DNA of 54,556 bases from Girardia tigrina (lineage: Eukaryota). A program made the translations under genes and the position numbers. Shown in pieces: positions 1-12,922 of the stretch. Position 1 is the stretch's first letter. Each line of letters begins with the position of its first letter. Where the stretch lies: assembly GCA_001938485.1 (NCBI GenBank), contig MQRK01219644.1:1-54556 (forward strand). Direction: 5' to 3'. The notes beneath the pieces were generated by a model. That model was not told where the DNA came from. It searched no databases and saw only the letters and a program-made list of their open reading frames with translations.

Positions 1-263
1 CTCTTTTACTTTGAGTTAAAACAAAAAAACGTTGGTAACATTTATTTTGTTCCATTGTTAAAAACCGCTTGATTTGAATTCGCTGCACTTTTAAAATTTC
101 AATACTTTAATAAAATAAAATTTTACTTTTTTTTAATTTTATGCTTTGAAATTTTAACACAGTATTTATGTCAGTCTGAATAATATTCAGTCCAAATTTG
201 GTTAAATTTGGTAAAATATTAGTGTGTTTTTAAAGGCCACCTGAGGACTTTTGGGACAGCCTA
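1..263. mobile_element. Possible terminus of a hATm-like non-autonomous element (other end outside window)
   Basis: Ends ...TTTTGGGACAGCCTA (reverse complement TAGGCTGTCCCAAAA), resembling the TAGGGTGTCCC-type termini I recall for hATm elements; no partner TIR or TSD seen. Confidence 0.3.
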
Positions 264-2052
264 TATATATATTTGACAACGATGTCCAAATAATTACATA
301 AGGCTTTTAAGAAAAAAGTATAATAAAAAGTATTACAAAAATAGTTTTTACAAGACGAAGTAATTAAGACTAAAGGTCATGAAGGGATTCAATATTTTGA
401 ATTATTTTAAATAGTCTTGGTGGAATATTTTTTTGTTAGACCAAAAATCAACAAGTAACTTAATTAAAATGATAAGTTTTACTAATAATTAAATATCTTG
501 AAAATATTTGCACAAAAGTGTTAAAATTGTTACAATTTATTATAACTAAATTCATAAAATGAATTCATAAAAAATAAATATATTCAACATGCAAATACAT
601 TTTGCAAATTTAAATATCTCTCTAATACAAATGAACTAACAAAAATGCGTTGTAACTTTTTAAAATATTGATTTAAAAATACATAAAAAATAATGTTAAT
701 ATAAATAAAGTATAAAAAACAAAAAGTCGAAAGAAATAATATATTTTTTAATATTTTAGAATATCAATAAATAAATAAATCAAATTAAAAAATAAACATT
801 TGTATTCTACATTTTTATATTACATATTTAACCATAAATATTAAATTCTTTGAATATTTATCAATATAAACATATCAAATTGTATATATTTCAGTAATTA
901 TGTTATTTGTTTCACGATTAGTTTCTAAACAATTTAATAAATAAGCATTAAAAAATATAAAAAAGGACTACCTAAAATACCTTGTCAATGAAAAGTATCA
1001 GACCACCTTCTGGAAGACGAATTTATCAAATTCCTCTACAAAGATTACAAATCTTTGTCAACTCAAAAAGTTATTTTTGCTTAAAAGATTCTGGTGCCTA
1101 ATAAGAAGGTTCAACTCTACTATTTATGTGTAAATTTTTATAGAAAGTCAGTTACGATTTGTAAAGAAAACTGAAACGAAAAAATATCAACTTCTAAACT
1201 AAAAAATACGTTTTTTATTTTCATAACGATCAGTACAAATATGAATACTTTCTAGTAGTGTAAAGCCACAGGTCAATAGTTTTTATTACCACTTATTTTA
1301 TTAAGGTAGTTTTCAAACTAACGAGATTAATATGACAACTGAATATTGCTGATATAAAATTATTAATATTGTAAAATAAATATTTTAAAAAGAAAAAATT
1401 TTCAGTAAAACTTTTAAACATTGACGTTGGCGTTAACCCTTGCGAATGAATAGCGGCTTTATGGGTCGAAATAAAAAAAATAGTCAAGTCCGTCACCAAA
1501 TATAGTGGCAAACAAAAATGGACGTCAAATAATGGTCGAAAGGCCATACATAAACCATAATTTATATTTTTATTAAAAAATCCTTGATTTAATTATTTTT
1601 GTTAGGAGATCCTTAACCAGGTAGCCATTTTTTTAAAATATGGAAATTAAACAAAGTAAAAAACCAAATTTTAGACAATCTAAATTTAAAATCATAGAAA
1701 GTGTAAAATTAATTAAAAAGAAATAAGTTGTAAGAAAAATAGAAATTTAGAATAGTTAAAAAATGACTTTACAAGTTTGATAGGTAATATTTGAATAAAA
1801 AGTTTTATGAAATGAAAATTGTAAAGGAAATATGAGTATTTATAATATAAATAACTTTAATTTATTTCTGTTTAAATTTTACAAATAAAAAAGAAAATTC
1901 TGCAAAATAAAGAGAAATAATTTTGTTTAAAAATGTTTATTCAAACCCAATTTCAAAAAACGTGATAAAAAAAATTTTGGAAAAATGTCTGATTCTATTA
2001 ATTTGTAAGATGTGCCAACAACTATATTAAAAAATACTTTCATCCTAACTGC

Positions 2053-2218
2053 GAGGAATATTTCGAATGTTAATGTTTTGTGTAGTGCTTGCATGTTTAA
2101 ATGCTGTGTGTTGATTTGGGATTGTGTCTCTCCTAATCAGATGAATGATTAATATTTGAATTCTTATTATCTGAAACTAATTTATTCAAATTTAGATTTA
2201 ATATTCAAATTTTTAATT
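2053..2218 (+). repeat. Dispersed AT-rich repeat family (copies also at ~6630-6789 and ~35815-35910)
   Basis: Shared strings GAGGAATATTT.GAATGTT.ATGTTTTGTGT, TGTGTCTCTCCTA..CAGATG.ATGATTAATATTT.AATTCTT.TTAT; the third copy carries only the 3' part. Confidence 0.7.
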
Positions 2219-2220
2219 TA

Positions 2221-3646
2221 CAGGGTGCGCAAAAAAACCGACCACTTTAAATATGACAATTATTTTGTTTTCCGTTCAACAAAATTTATTCAAAACATAA
2301 CAATATCTACAAAAACGGTATATACAACTTATTGGGTTTCAAAATGGCCACCATTTGCATCAATACACTTTTGCAATCGCTTCGGGAAGTCATCAATCGC
2401 TTTCTGAATCATTTTCAACGGTAATTCATCCCATGCCTTCTTCAGACTCTTTTTCAACGACTGTATGGACTGGNACAGTTTTGAACACGCTCTTTCCTCC
2501 AGCCAACTCCAAATGCCGTAGTCCATCACGTTCAAATCTGGGCGACACGGAGGCCATTCACCATTGGCTCTTTGTGGGCTAATGTCAACAGAAATGAAGT
2601 CTGGGCAATTTGCTTCGACCAACTCCTGGGTTTCAGCAGTCTTGTAGGACGGAGCGCCATCTTGCTGGAATGTCCAGTGCTCGCCTCTAAACGCCTCTCT
2701 TGCCCACGGAAAAACTTTATCTTCAAACATTTCTCAATACACCCGACCATCAACTTTGACACCTTCGGCAATAAACACAAGATGTGTCTTGTCCTTTGAC
2801 CAATGAATGCCGGCCCAAACCATGATTTGCTTCGGCTTTTGCTGGCGGGAGATGATGTNAACATTTCTCAATACACCCGACCATCAACTTTGACACCTTC
2901 GGCAATAAACACAAGATGTGTCTTGTCCTTTGACCAATGAATCCCGGCCCAAACCATGATTTTCTTCGGCTTTTGCTGGCGGGAGATGATGTGCTGCTCC
3001 AGAGGGAGGGGCTCAAGTAAACAATCGCTATGGTGTTGGGAATTGAAGCTTTGTGAAGAGGATTGAGCAATGTCTTCTGGTCGCGATTCTTCTTTTTAAC
3101 CTTTTGCATCGATCCAGTATTTTTTGTTTAGCATTTTGGTTCAAAAACTGCCCCTTAGCCTTTTTTCTTGACTTCATTTCAAGGTCTTTGTGAAGGATGT
3201 TCCGGACTGATCCATCTGATATGCCCAATGCCTTGCCAATCTCTCTGGTCGAGTTCTTGCAGCTGTTTGAGTTTTGCTTGATTCTTCCCTTGATACTAAG
3301 CACGTTGGCTTTCGTTCTCGCCGTTCTGGGTCGTCCTTTTCCAGGTCTACGCTCATTTATACCAGTTTCATTGAATAGGGAAATTATATCATGAACTGTA
3401 GTTTTTGGTACACCTAACGATTCAGCAATTTGGTGCTCGGATTTTCTTTGTAGATGTAACTTTATAATTGCTCTCCTGTATTCAGACATGCTAAAAAACA
3501 AATATAATAAATTGATATGTATAAACTTATTTAGAGTGACAAAAAACAAAAATACTATGTGTAAAAACCAAAATACAAAAATACAATGTGAAAAAAAGCA
3601 AAATAATTACCAAATTTAAAGTGGTCGGTTTTTTTTGCGCACCCTG
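2221..3646 (-). mobile_element. Tc1/mariner superfamily element, maT (DD37D)-like, defective transposase 3489-2329
   Basis: TIRs CAGGGTGCGCAAAAAAACCGACCACTTTAAAT at both ends with TA TSD (2219-2220, 3647-3648). HTH and GRPRTART linker, IMVWAG..GVKV, FQQDGAP and WPPCRPDLNVMDY motifs. First catalytic D lost by deletion/frameshift; one internal stop. Confidence 0.93.
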
Positions 3647-4541
3647 TATTATTATTATAAATTTTAAATAATTTTATTAATTATATTTTTGTAATTTTTA
3701 AATAATTAAATCAAATTAATGTTTTTAAATGATTATAATAAGTAATTTTATTTTAATCAATAAAATTTAAAGTAAGTATTTCAAATAAAATAATTCTTTT
3801 CAAGTTAGTTAAGATTTGGGATGAGAAGTATTAAACATTGAGTGATGAATTTAAGCGACATCAGTAGTATTGATTGTCATAGAGATGATAAAAATTGTGA
3901 ATATAATAAGTGTTATATCAAATGTGTGAGTTCTCTGAACACTAACAACAAAGCTTTTAGATATTTCCTACGACTATGGACTAATTCAATTTATTTAGAG
4001 ATTATGTCTTGCGGAAAAGTAAAGAAATGTATGTATAATTTAATCAAATTGTACATTTTAGTAAAAAGACTGGAAATAAATATTCTAATATAAATCATTT
4101 TCAAATTATTAAAATATCATAATTTCCATACATTTAGTTGGTTTAAAATATAAAGCTTTGATGTTTAACCCACATTTATTGAATTTAGTAAATTTTGTAA
4201 CTCAAAATCTCTTTTGTTCTGTATTTGATGATAGGGATCATGAAAATTATTAACATTATCTTAAAATAATGAGATAACGAATCTGAATATAAATATACTC
4301 AAACTAATATCTAATATTCACATCTGATTTAAAGAATGATCACTCTCTATTAATACTTATTAATTATTTTGACTTATTCTTAATTATTATTTTAATTTAT
4401 ATACATTAATTGTACACATTTATATAATTTAACATTTAACTTTATATGCATTCGAATTTATATATTCGAATTTATTCTATCAAAGACGACCGAGATTTTT
4501 ATCATATTTTAAGATTTTACTAAAAACAATAATTTTAATTA

Positions 4542-5900
4542 CAATCAAACCTGTTCAATATGTACTTTAATATGTACGTTTAAGTTGAAAATTTGGAACA
4601 GTTATATGGTTTTAATTGGAAAGTGCATTTTGTAATACGAATACAGTTTATTTTGAACAGTGAACAATATAAAATATACAAAAGAAATATTACTAATCAA
4701 AATATTGTTTAAATATTCATTTATAATATATCTATTACATGAATATGAAAAATACAAATTCAAAACGAAAAAGAAAGAGTTTAACTATTGCAGAGAAACA
4801 GAAGTTGTTAAAATTATTCGAAGAAGATAAAGGTTCTTCTCAACGGTTTCTCTCATCAAAATACAATTTTTCATTAGATTGTATAAACAGTCTTGTGAAA
4901 TCGAAGGATTTCATTTTAAATTCCAATTTGAATATTAAACAAAAAAGGAAATCACATTAACGCAATGGATATCAAATTAATACAATTCTATATGAATGGT
5001 TTCAGATCCAAAGAACAAGAAACATTGGTGACATTTTACAACAGAAAGCATTAGAATTAGCAAAGCACTTGGGAATTCATGAATTTAAAGCATCAAATGG
5101 TTGGCCTAATTCTTTTATTTCTAGGCATATGATATTACCAAAAAGAATTATTGGGGAGCCTAAAACTGTAGATGAAAGCTATATTCTTAATTTTAAGAAA
5201 TTGTATATAGAAAAATTAAAAGAATATGAACATAGAAATTTTTATAATTGTGACGAAACTGGGCTGTTCAAGAAAAATTCATTAAGCAGAACATATACAA
5301 TTTCTAAAGAGAACAATGCAAATGGTAAGTCTTCCAAAGATCCAATAACTATTCTCTTAGGAGTAAATATGTTAGGTGAAAAGCTGAAACCTTTAATGAT
5401 AGACAAGTCGAAAAAACCTCGTTTAAAAACTTCGATATAGATAAATTACTTGTTTATTATCGTTGGAATAAAAAATCTTAGATGATGTTAACAATTTTTC
5501 AAGATTGGTTAAAAGATGTAAACAATAAGATGTCAACTGAAGAACGGAAAATTTTATTATTGTTAGATAACGCACCCATTCATCCAAAAGACTTTGAATT
5601 AAGCAATATCGAATTATTTTTTTCCCATCAAACACATCATCTCTTATACAACCTCTTGATCAAGATATTATTAAAAGTTTTAAAGATTATTATAATAAAT
5701 CTTTGAGAATGTGACTGAATTTCAATTTAGATAATAATATTACACAAGAGACATGGTGCAAGAAAATTGATTTGCATCAATCAATGGTTTGGATTTTGAA
5801 ATCATGGAATAATGTAAAACCAGAGACAATCTGTAATTGTTTTACCAAGTCTTTCGAAAATGCATGTGTTAAACAAGTGATTATGGAACATGATGACTTT
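4542..5900 (+). mobile_element. Degenerate pogo/Tigger (CENP-B HTH + DDE_1) transposon
   Basis: Broken ORFs 4739-4960 (RKSLTIAEK HTH), LYEWF..KALELAK..FKASNGW, FYNCDETGLF, ILLLLDNAPIH, IQPLDQDIIKSFK. Candidate left end TA|CAATCAAACC at 4542; right end not identified. Confidence 0.88.
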
Positions 5901-7039
5901 CCATGTTTTGTTACAACATTTCGCGGTATAATTATTTTTCAACATAGGATGGTTGAGAAAATAGAATATCAAATACGAAAGAATATCAAAACATATGCGT
6001 ACGAAATTATCCATTTTTATTTCTAAATTAATTAATCGATAATCGAAAATAGCTATTTAAAGATAACTCTTGGCGCTCAAGAAATAAACATATTATAAAC
6101 AGTAAAATTATAAATATGAATGCTATTTTCCATTCTTTTTATTAGCTTACTTTATATATATATGTATATATCCATGGAATTTAGAAACCTATTTTTAAAG
6201 GCAATTTACTCAATCAATTTTCTTCAAACTTTGCACACTTACTCATTTTCGATGTCATTAAATGATTATGTGAAAATTTGATCAAACTAGTAAATCAAAA
6301 AATCTTTTTGCAAAAGAAATGTTTTACGATTATCCACAAATGTTTAAACTGTACAAATAGAAATGATTGGTTTTTTTCCTTTCATGCTTTATAAATTTAT
6401 TGTTATTAGTTACTATTTAATTGCAAAAGGGAGTTGTAAATTTTTTTTTCTATGTCATTTTCCCTTCTACAAAAGATTACAAAAAATTCTGTTGGCAAAG
6501 TAGAGGTTTGTCCGCATAAAGAATGGATATAAAATCTTTTTTTGATTTACGATTTTAAAATATACAAATTTTATATTTTAGTGATAAATAATACGAATAA
6601 AAAATTACATTCTCTAATGTGAACATTGTGAGGAATATTTGAATGTTTGATGTTTTGTGTTTGAATGTACATGTTGATTTTGAAATGTGTCTCTCCTACC
6701 CAGATGGATGATTAATATTTTAATTCTTATTATCTAAAAATATGTAATGTTTAAATTTATTTTTAATTTCAAATAATTTTAAAATTTTANNNNNNNNNNN
6801 NNNNNNNNNNNNNNNNNNNNNNNNNNNNNNNNNNNNNNNNNNNNNNNNNNNNNNNNNNNNNNNNNNNNNNNNNNNNNNNNNNNNNNNNNNNNNNNNNNNN
6901 NNNNNNNNNNNNNNNNNNNNNNNNNNNNNNNNNNNNNNNNNNNNNNNNNNNNNNNNNNNNNNNNNNNNNNNNNNNNNNNNNNNNNNNNNNNNNNNNNNNN
7001 NNNNNNNNNNNNNNNNNNNNNNNNNNNNNNNNNNNNNNN

Positions 7040-7400
7040 CAACAGACTGAAAGCCCAAATGGTCACTCACAATATGCTGAATGGTTCCATGGCTGAGGGA
7101 TGTCTCATCTTCAATTTCATCAATGGTCGCTGCACCATTGGCGTTAATAATTCCAGAGACCAACAGAATGTTTTCAGGGATTGTTTTTATTGATTTTCTC
7201 CCGCAGTTTTCCCAAGCAAAAGAAGTCTTGCCACTGTCAAATTCAGTTATCCACCGATACATGTAGATTCTCCAACACTGTCAATACCATGAACAGAGAT
7301 AATATCCTGATAAATTTCATTTCCCGTTATGCCGAGTGAATAACGGGAGAAGGTATAGAATCGAAGTATAGAATTCGATTTTCCGCCATCAAAGAGACAA
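7040..7400 (-). mobile_element. mariner transposase N-terminal fragment running into a 250-N gap
   Basis: YRWITEFDSGKTSF...TIPENILLVSGII...TIDEIEDETSLSHGTIQHIVSDHLG matches the two mariner HTH domains. Confidence 0.8.
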
Positions 7401-7989
7401 ATAAATCAACCAATATTCAAACAAGTATTCAATAAATATTTTCCGTCAATATTTTTTAACTATTACATATTTTTACTCTTTATATGTTACTATATACTGC
7501 GCAAGTAATTTCCGGCTTTACAGATCACAAACATAGAAATGTAACATCATTCTCACTCTTTCTGCTACGAACCAAAACATGGGTGCATATTTGTTTTATC
7601 TGGTGAACCAGCCTACTTTTCTATAGTAAAGCCCACCAATTTCTTGTTTACGCTACTTCTGTTTATTCTTAAATATAAAAAAATTACTTCAAGAACTACA
7701 ATACACAGTCACATAATCTTGCACTCTGCCACAAACAACACAAAAATCAAAACTTATGTACAAATTCAATGAGTGACAACATACATAAGACATCTTTGAC
7801 AGTTATAAAACAAAAAACGGTAGATGTGGACCTCAAATGAACCTCAAAAGGTAAAATATTTCAATACTACAAAAATACTCGATGTCATGATAGTTTCATG
7901 TCAGAAAAATTAAATAAAATTGCTTATTTTAATCATAACAATTTGTAACGAACCAATTCTAATTATAACGGAACACTAAATGGTCACAA

Positions 7990-8032
7990 AAGGGCGGACC
8001 GGTCCCCTCGCCCTCCTTATGCTACGTCACTG
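7990..8032. mobile_element. Isolated hAT-like MITE terminus
   Basis: Reverse complement CAGTGACGTAGCATAAGGAGGGCGAGGGG resembles the termini of the MITE at 35084-35503; no partner end found. Confidence 0.4.
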
Positions 8033-9499
8033 ATTTGAACACCTTTTACATTTTATATACATGGTATAAACATCAAGTAAAGTTAAATTTACATCATATT
8101 TTATCAGTAAAATCCAATTAATAGTCTTTTGTAATAATTACTGTTTTTTAAATTTTATTTTAAATTATTTAAAAATTTTGAAAGATATACTATAGGTGAC
8201 ATTATAACACATAAATCCAAACCAGATTTTCTTAAAATAATGCCTATCGAATGTCATCTCTAATAAAAGAACCAGAGAAATCAATTGAATATTCTGTCAA
8301 AGATTTATCGATGGAAACTATATATATATCATTTGAGAATTTCCAAAAATAAACATTTTGCAAATTTCTAGTGGTAAACATTATATATTTTAATGTCAAT
8401 AAAAGAGACTAAAAACCATTTACAGTTTATCTATTTACATTGTTCATAATAATTTTTGGTGGTGATTTCATCCACCGTATTAGAGAAAAAAGAAAGTTTG
8501 TTAAATTTATAATCTCCGTTCTCCATATTTCGCTGTGCATGAAAAGCTGAAGCCTGAATCAGAGCTAAATACACATTCAATGATGTTACGATTGAAAGTA
8601 TATGTACAGGTGCACATTATAACCTCCCTCTGATGTAGTTTCAATTCCTGACTGAATGTTTCTAACTCTGTCAAAGATGTTACCCAGGTTTGAAATCTCT
8701 CATGGTGAAGACAATAAAGCAAAGGAGGGAACTTTCGTGAAGACATAGTGTAAGAAATAGTTAATAATAGCTGTTGATGCCGTTAAATACAAAGACTTTG
8801 AAAGCAACTGAAGAGTAGTGTAAAGAGCGGGACTATACTCCCTTTGAGTATTCAAACATATTTCAAATTAATTATTGTGAAACGTTTTTATCAATTTCCG
8901 GTATTGGAAGTTTTCGATTGATATGCATATGATAAGTGTTTAGCATCCCTTTTTTAGGCTATCAAAATGATAGTCCAATTCAGATCCGCAAATCAAAATT
9001 GGCAACAGACATCTACTAGTTGTTGTTGGTGGATCATCAAGTTACATTTTTCTTTCAAATATATTTCTGTTTTTACTTTCCAGAAATAAAGATTATAAAG
9101 AAAAACATATTTTAAGCTAAGTCAGATGGAAATTTATTGCTCATTACTACACGTTGTCATGTCGTATCAAAAATAATTTCTAGCTATCCTTTCAAGAAAA
9201 TAATATAAATTTATTTTATTGAAATAATGAAATAAAAAAATATCTTTTGTGTAAAATGATTCACGCCGAACCTTATCTATCAAAAACATCTAATCAAACA
9301 GTTGGCGGTACTGTTCTAATAGTTACCTGCAAGATTTAAAAAGTATTTATTTACGTGACAATAGTACATAAGGTGCATTATATCAATACATAATACATTT
9401 GACTTTTCTAAGTTACTTTTTATGCTTTTAATGGCCAGTAAATCATATCATTTAAAATAATGTCAAATAAATGCTTTCATTGTAATGTTCTACTCCACA

Positions 9500-10260
9500 T
9501 TAATTAGCAAAGATAGGAACTTCTCTGTCAAAACCAAAATGCATTTTATTTTGAAGTTATACTTGATTCCAGATGCATTTAACATTTTGGATGTATAGTA
9601 GCGGTGTTTGGGTAAACTAAATGTTTTTATTAGTTAGCCGTTAAGTGTCGGAACTTCAATCCCAGATTTGGAATTTTGGAATAAGCTTTCAACATGTCGG
9701 AATGATGATTGTAACCGCTGGTATACTGGATAATTGACAATAAGGTTTTTATAGTTTTATATGACTTTGTATACAGAAAACAGTCTCCAGCGTCTCTGAA
9801 AATAACTCCGAAAACACTATTGAAGTGCAAACTTTTCGACATTTCCCTTCCGTCGAACAATAAAACTTTAGTCAATTTATACTGTCGTATTTGGTACACC
9901 AAAGACAGATGAGTTGACAATAAAAGATGCATCACAAACTTAACTTTAAAAGTTTTTATAATCAGATACATCGGTAGCTCATGATTCAAAATAATAATAT
10001 TCATTTCATATGACCAACCATAAATGAACAATTATTACATCTTTGTATGGAAGGTTCACATTTTGAAAAAATGTTCCCGTCTTCACTTTCTAATCTAATC
10101 TACAGTTCAATTTAAGATAACGTCATATATTCTGTTTAGCAAATAGACTTCAAAATTATTCTTGCACATTTGGTTATTATGCAAAATATTCTTTTTTTTG
10201 TAAAAGAAGAACACATGCTCCTGTTTCAACAACAATTGCAGATTACTCAAAGAAAGGAAA
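9500..10260 (-). mobile_element. Merlin (IS1595/ISXO2-like DDE) transposase pseudogene
   Basis: Joined across frameshifts: LLQKKRILH..C, VKTGTFF..VNL, FIYGWS, GVPNTTV*ID*SFIVRRK, VFGVI.RDAGDCFL, TLLSII, TIISDM.KAY, FRHLTAN, IQNVKCIW, in the order expected for Merlin. Confidence 0.8.
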
Positions 10261-10328
10261 CAGACAGTAATAACACTGTTATAATCAAAATAATAAGTTT
10301 AAAATATCCAATAAATATTATTCGTAGG

Positions 10329-12506
10329 CAGGGCCTTTATTAAGAAATATTCACTGGGGGCACTCGCAATCTGGAATGGTCATGTACCGAAATACAGTAA
10401 CTTTTTTGTTTCAGATGAAAATAGTTATTTTTTACCCTTGTTTTTTATAATGGCCTTTCTTATTTTAAACAGTTTATTCATCAGATTTCTGTTCTCCAAA
10501 GTGTTCTCAGATTTAAAAGAAAATACACAAGTGACCCAACCCATAACATTTTATCAAGAGTCTAACATGAGTTATAATGCACAACATTTCAACACGTTAC
10601 TTTTTCAAAAAAGAATTTGCAGCAAAGTCTATTTCTGAATAAATACGTAGGGTTGGGTTTCTTTCTCGTCTTTCTTTCACTCAGAAAAACTCTGCCACAG
10701 CACTGCGAGGATCAAACAGGCAGGTCCCCTTGTCATTCATTGCGATTATCATGCAAGAGTTGACTGTATCAGCTGAGGTGCTCAGCTGTGGGCTTAAACG
10801 TTCAAGTTGTATAAAGAAACAAGCATCTCTTAGAGCATACTGTGAGGAGTGAGTTTTACCAAAGACGATATTACTTTCAAAAGTATGCCGCTGCAGAGCT
10901 GAAGGAAAAATTTCAACTTTAACGTGAGTAAAGAATTTCAAAAACTCTTCATCATTGACCGTTGCTCAGCATAGTCATCTGCAAAGCACTGGATTTCTTC
11001 TCGAAAAAAACGATGTTTTATTTTTACTTCTGCCTTAATAAATGCTTCGGGTAATACTATTTGCAAAACAGCAAACATGTCTTGGACTTCTTCTTGATCC
11101 ACATTAAAATGCTCTCCAAGATAATTCTGCGTCGATTGTACAATTTCAAGGTGCATCGCATCATGTTTTTTTGTGGTTATCACATTCATGTTGTAGACGA
11201 ACTCGGTTGCAATTTACCAATGCCGGGTAACCCTCACAGAGAATGGCGTAGACTCTATCCAGCTGCTGAGTATAGTGTTTGGCATTCACAGTACGCCCCT
11301 CCGGAACCAGGTCGAAGTGGATCATCCTCTCGAAATTCCACCATACACAGAGCATCACATTGCAATCGAAACGTCCTTTTTTAACCACGGGTTGGGCGGG
11401 CAAATCAGGGTAGAGCCACTTATTTCACTTTTCATGAAGATGAGCTAGATACCTTGATGGCCAGCTTTTGGTAGAAAGATTACCTATCAGGCTGTCGTTA
11501 TAAACGTCATGGCGTGGGAAATAAGAAACTCAACAACTTCTGTATGGTAATTTTGGAAACATTTCAGCCAAGATGAATGAGAGTACTGGATTTTGCACTG
11601 CCATTCTTAATCGTCATGTCGCACTGCTTCATTGTGGGAAATTGAGTCAAGGTGATCAATGGCAGCCGTCACTTTTAAAGTTGAATCTGCACTGCAGCCA
11701 CGAACCTAATAAACAGTACCAGTGCGAGCAAACTTACAAGTCACACTCAAACTTTTCACTTGTTCTAAATTTCACATATTGTCTTTTACGCTTCTTTTCA
11801 GCTGGTGCATCTAAGCGGTCACTCCTATTTTCTACTTACCATTTCGTATTCGCTTTTTTACTCTTGTACCATACCTTAGTATCGTAAGAATTACTGAAAA
11901 TTGATTCTTCTGTTGCGAACGAGCCAAGGTGTGTATTTGTAATTATTTATTTGATTATTTCCAAATTATCCACCCAGTTTATCCCTTTTGCTTTTGCCTG
12001 GGTGTGGGTGAAAAAGGAAACAATCTCAAAAAGTCATAATAATTGAAAGTGCTTTCTTTTACAATTATATTGATAATTCATAACTATAATGGAAAAATAT
12101 CCAAGAAGAAAAGAAATTTTTCTCGATCAGAACAACCAGAAACAGATCGATTGGTTGTTTAAAGAAATATACGTTACTTGCTTTATTTTTCGTTAGAACT
12201 GAATTATTAGGTTTTCCTTTCTCAAATCGTCTTGATTATTAACGTCTCCAATTAGAGATTTAATTTTCTATTATTGACTGGTTGTAAATTGAAGGAATTG
12301 GCTGATGAAATGGTGAAGTGATGATGGTTTCTAGGAAACTTCTTATTATTTTAATTTAAAATTCAAATTTGTCGATCAATATTTTTATTGATTTTTTTTA
12401 TTATTATTAATAGTTCAATCCAAATTTATTTAAGCAGAAAAGAAAATAAAATGCATATTTACAGTGGGAAAATGCCCCCCCAGTCAATATGTTAAAAAAT
12501 GCCCTC
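10329..12506 (-). mobile_element. Internally deleted hAT-like transposon
   Basis: Imperfect TIRs CAGGGCCTTTATTAAGAAATATTCACTGGGGGCA / GAGGGCATTTTTTAACATATTGACTGGGGGGGCA and degenerate 8-bp TSD TTCGTAGG/ATCGTATG. N-terminal remnant ~11430-11900 (AIDHLDSISH..DVYNDSL..SWPSR); C-terminal remnant ~10680-11185 (ER...NSCMIIAMN..G..FDPRSAV, dimerisation-domain-like). Confidence 0.65.
11187..11428 (-). mobile_element. Internal mariner transposase fragment without TIRs, embedded in the hAT-like element
   Basis: WL.PD.PAQPVVK..VMLCVWWNFERMIHFDLVPEGRTVNAKHYTQQL...YPALVN..RVRLQH is the mariner segment between the first and second catalytic D. Confidence 0.85.
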
Positions 12507-12922
12507 ATCGTATGTAACTTCCAGACAGCACTCATTTCGATTTCCCAATAAAATAAATTTTGACAAATTATTTTAAAATTAACAGTCAAATAATTTATCT
12601 ACTATAAATCTTTCCGGTCAAATACTACAAAGACTTGCATTTTTAAAACACGTTAATGTTATACTTTTACCAATGCAGTCATATGACCTTTGATGCGTCA
12701 CTTAAGTTTGTATCATACATAATAATTTTAAATATATTTTTGGATAATGATTCATAATAATTTTTACACTATAATCATGTTTTACACGACGAATATATTT
12801 GGCCCATCTAGCAATATAGTTGGAAAAGTTATTGACATCGAGGGTTCAATATGAATCAATATAGTCATTTAATAAAAGAACCGTAAAATAAAAACTGAAG
12901 TGGCAAAACATGAAATATATAC

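Noticed and set aside
1433-1445. TTAA|CCCTT piggyBac-like terminus
   Set aside because: No matching opposite end and no piggyBac coding remnant I could support.
3842-4255. Small plus-strand ORF with GTATGT...TTTTAG intron-like segment
   Set aside because: No recognisable homology; splicing does not give a longer frame.
8507-8830. Minus-strand ORF fragments in moderately GC-richer DNA
   Set aside because: No motif recognised in any frame; left unannotated.
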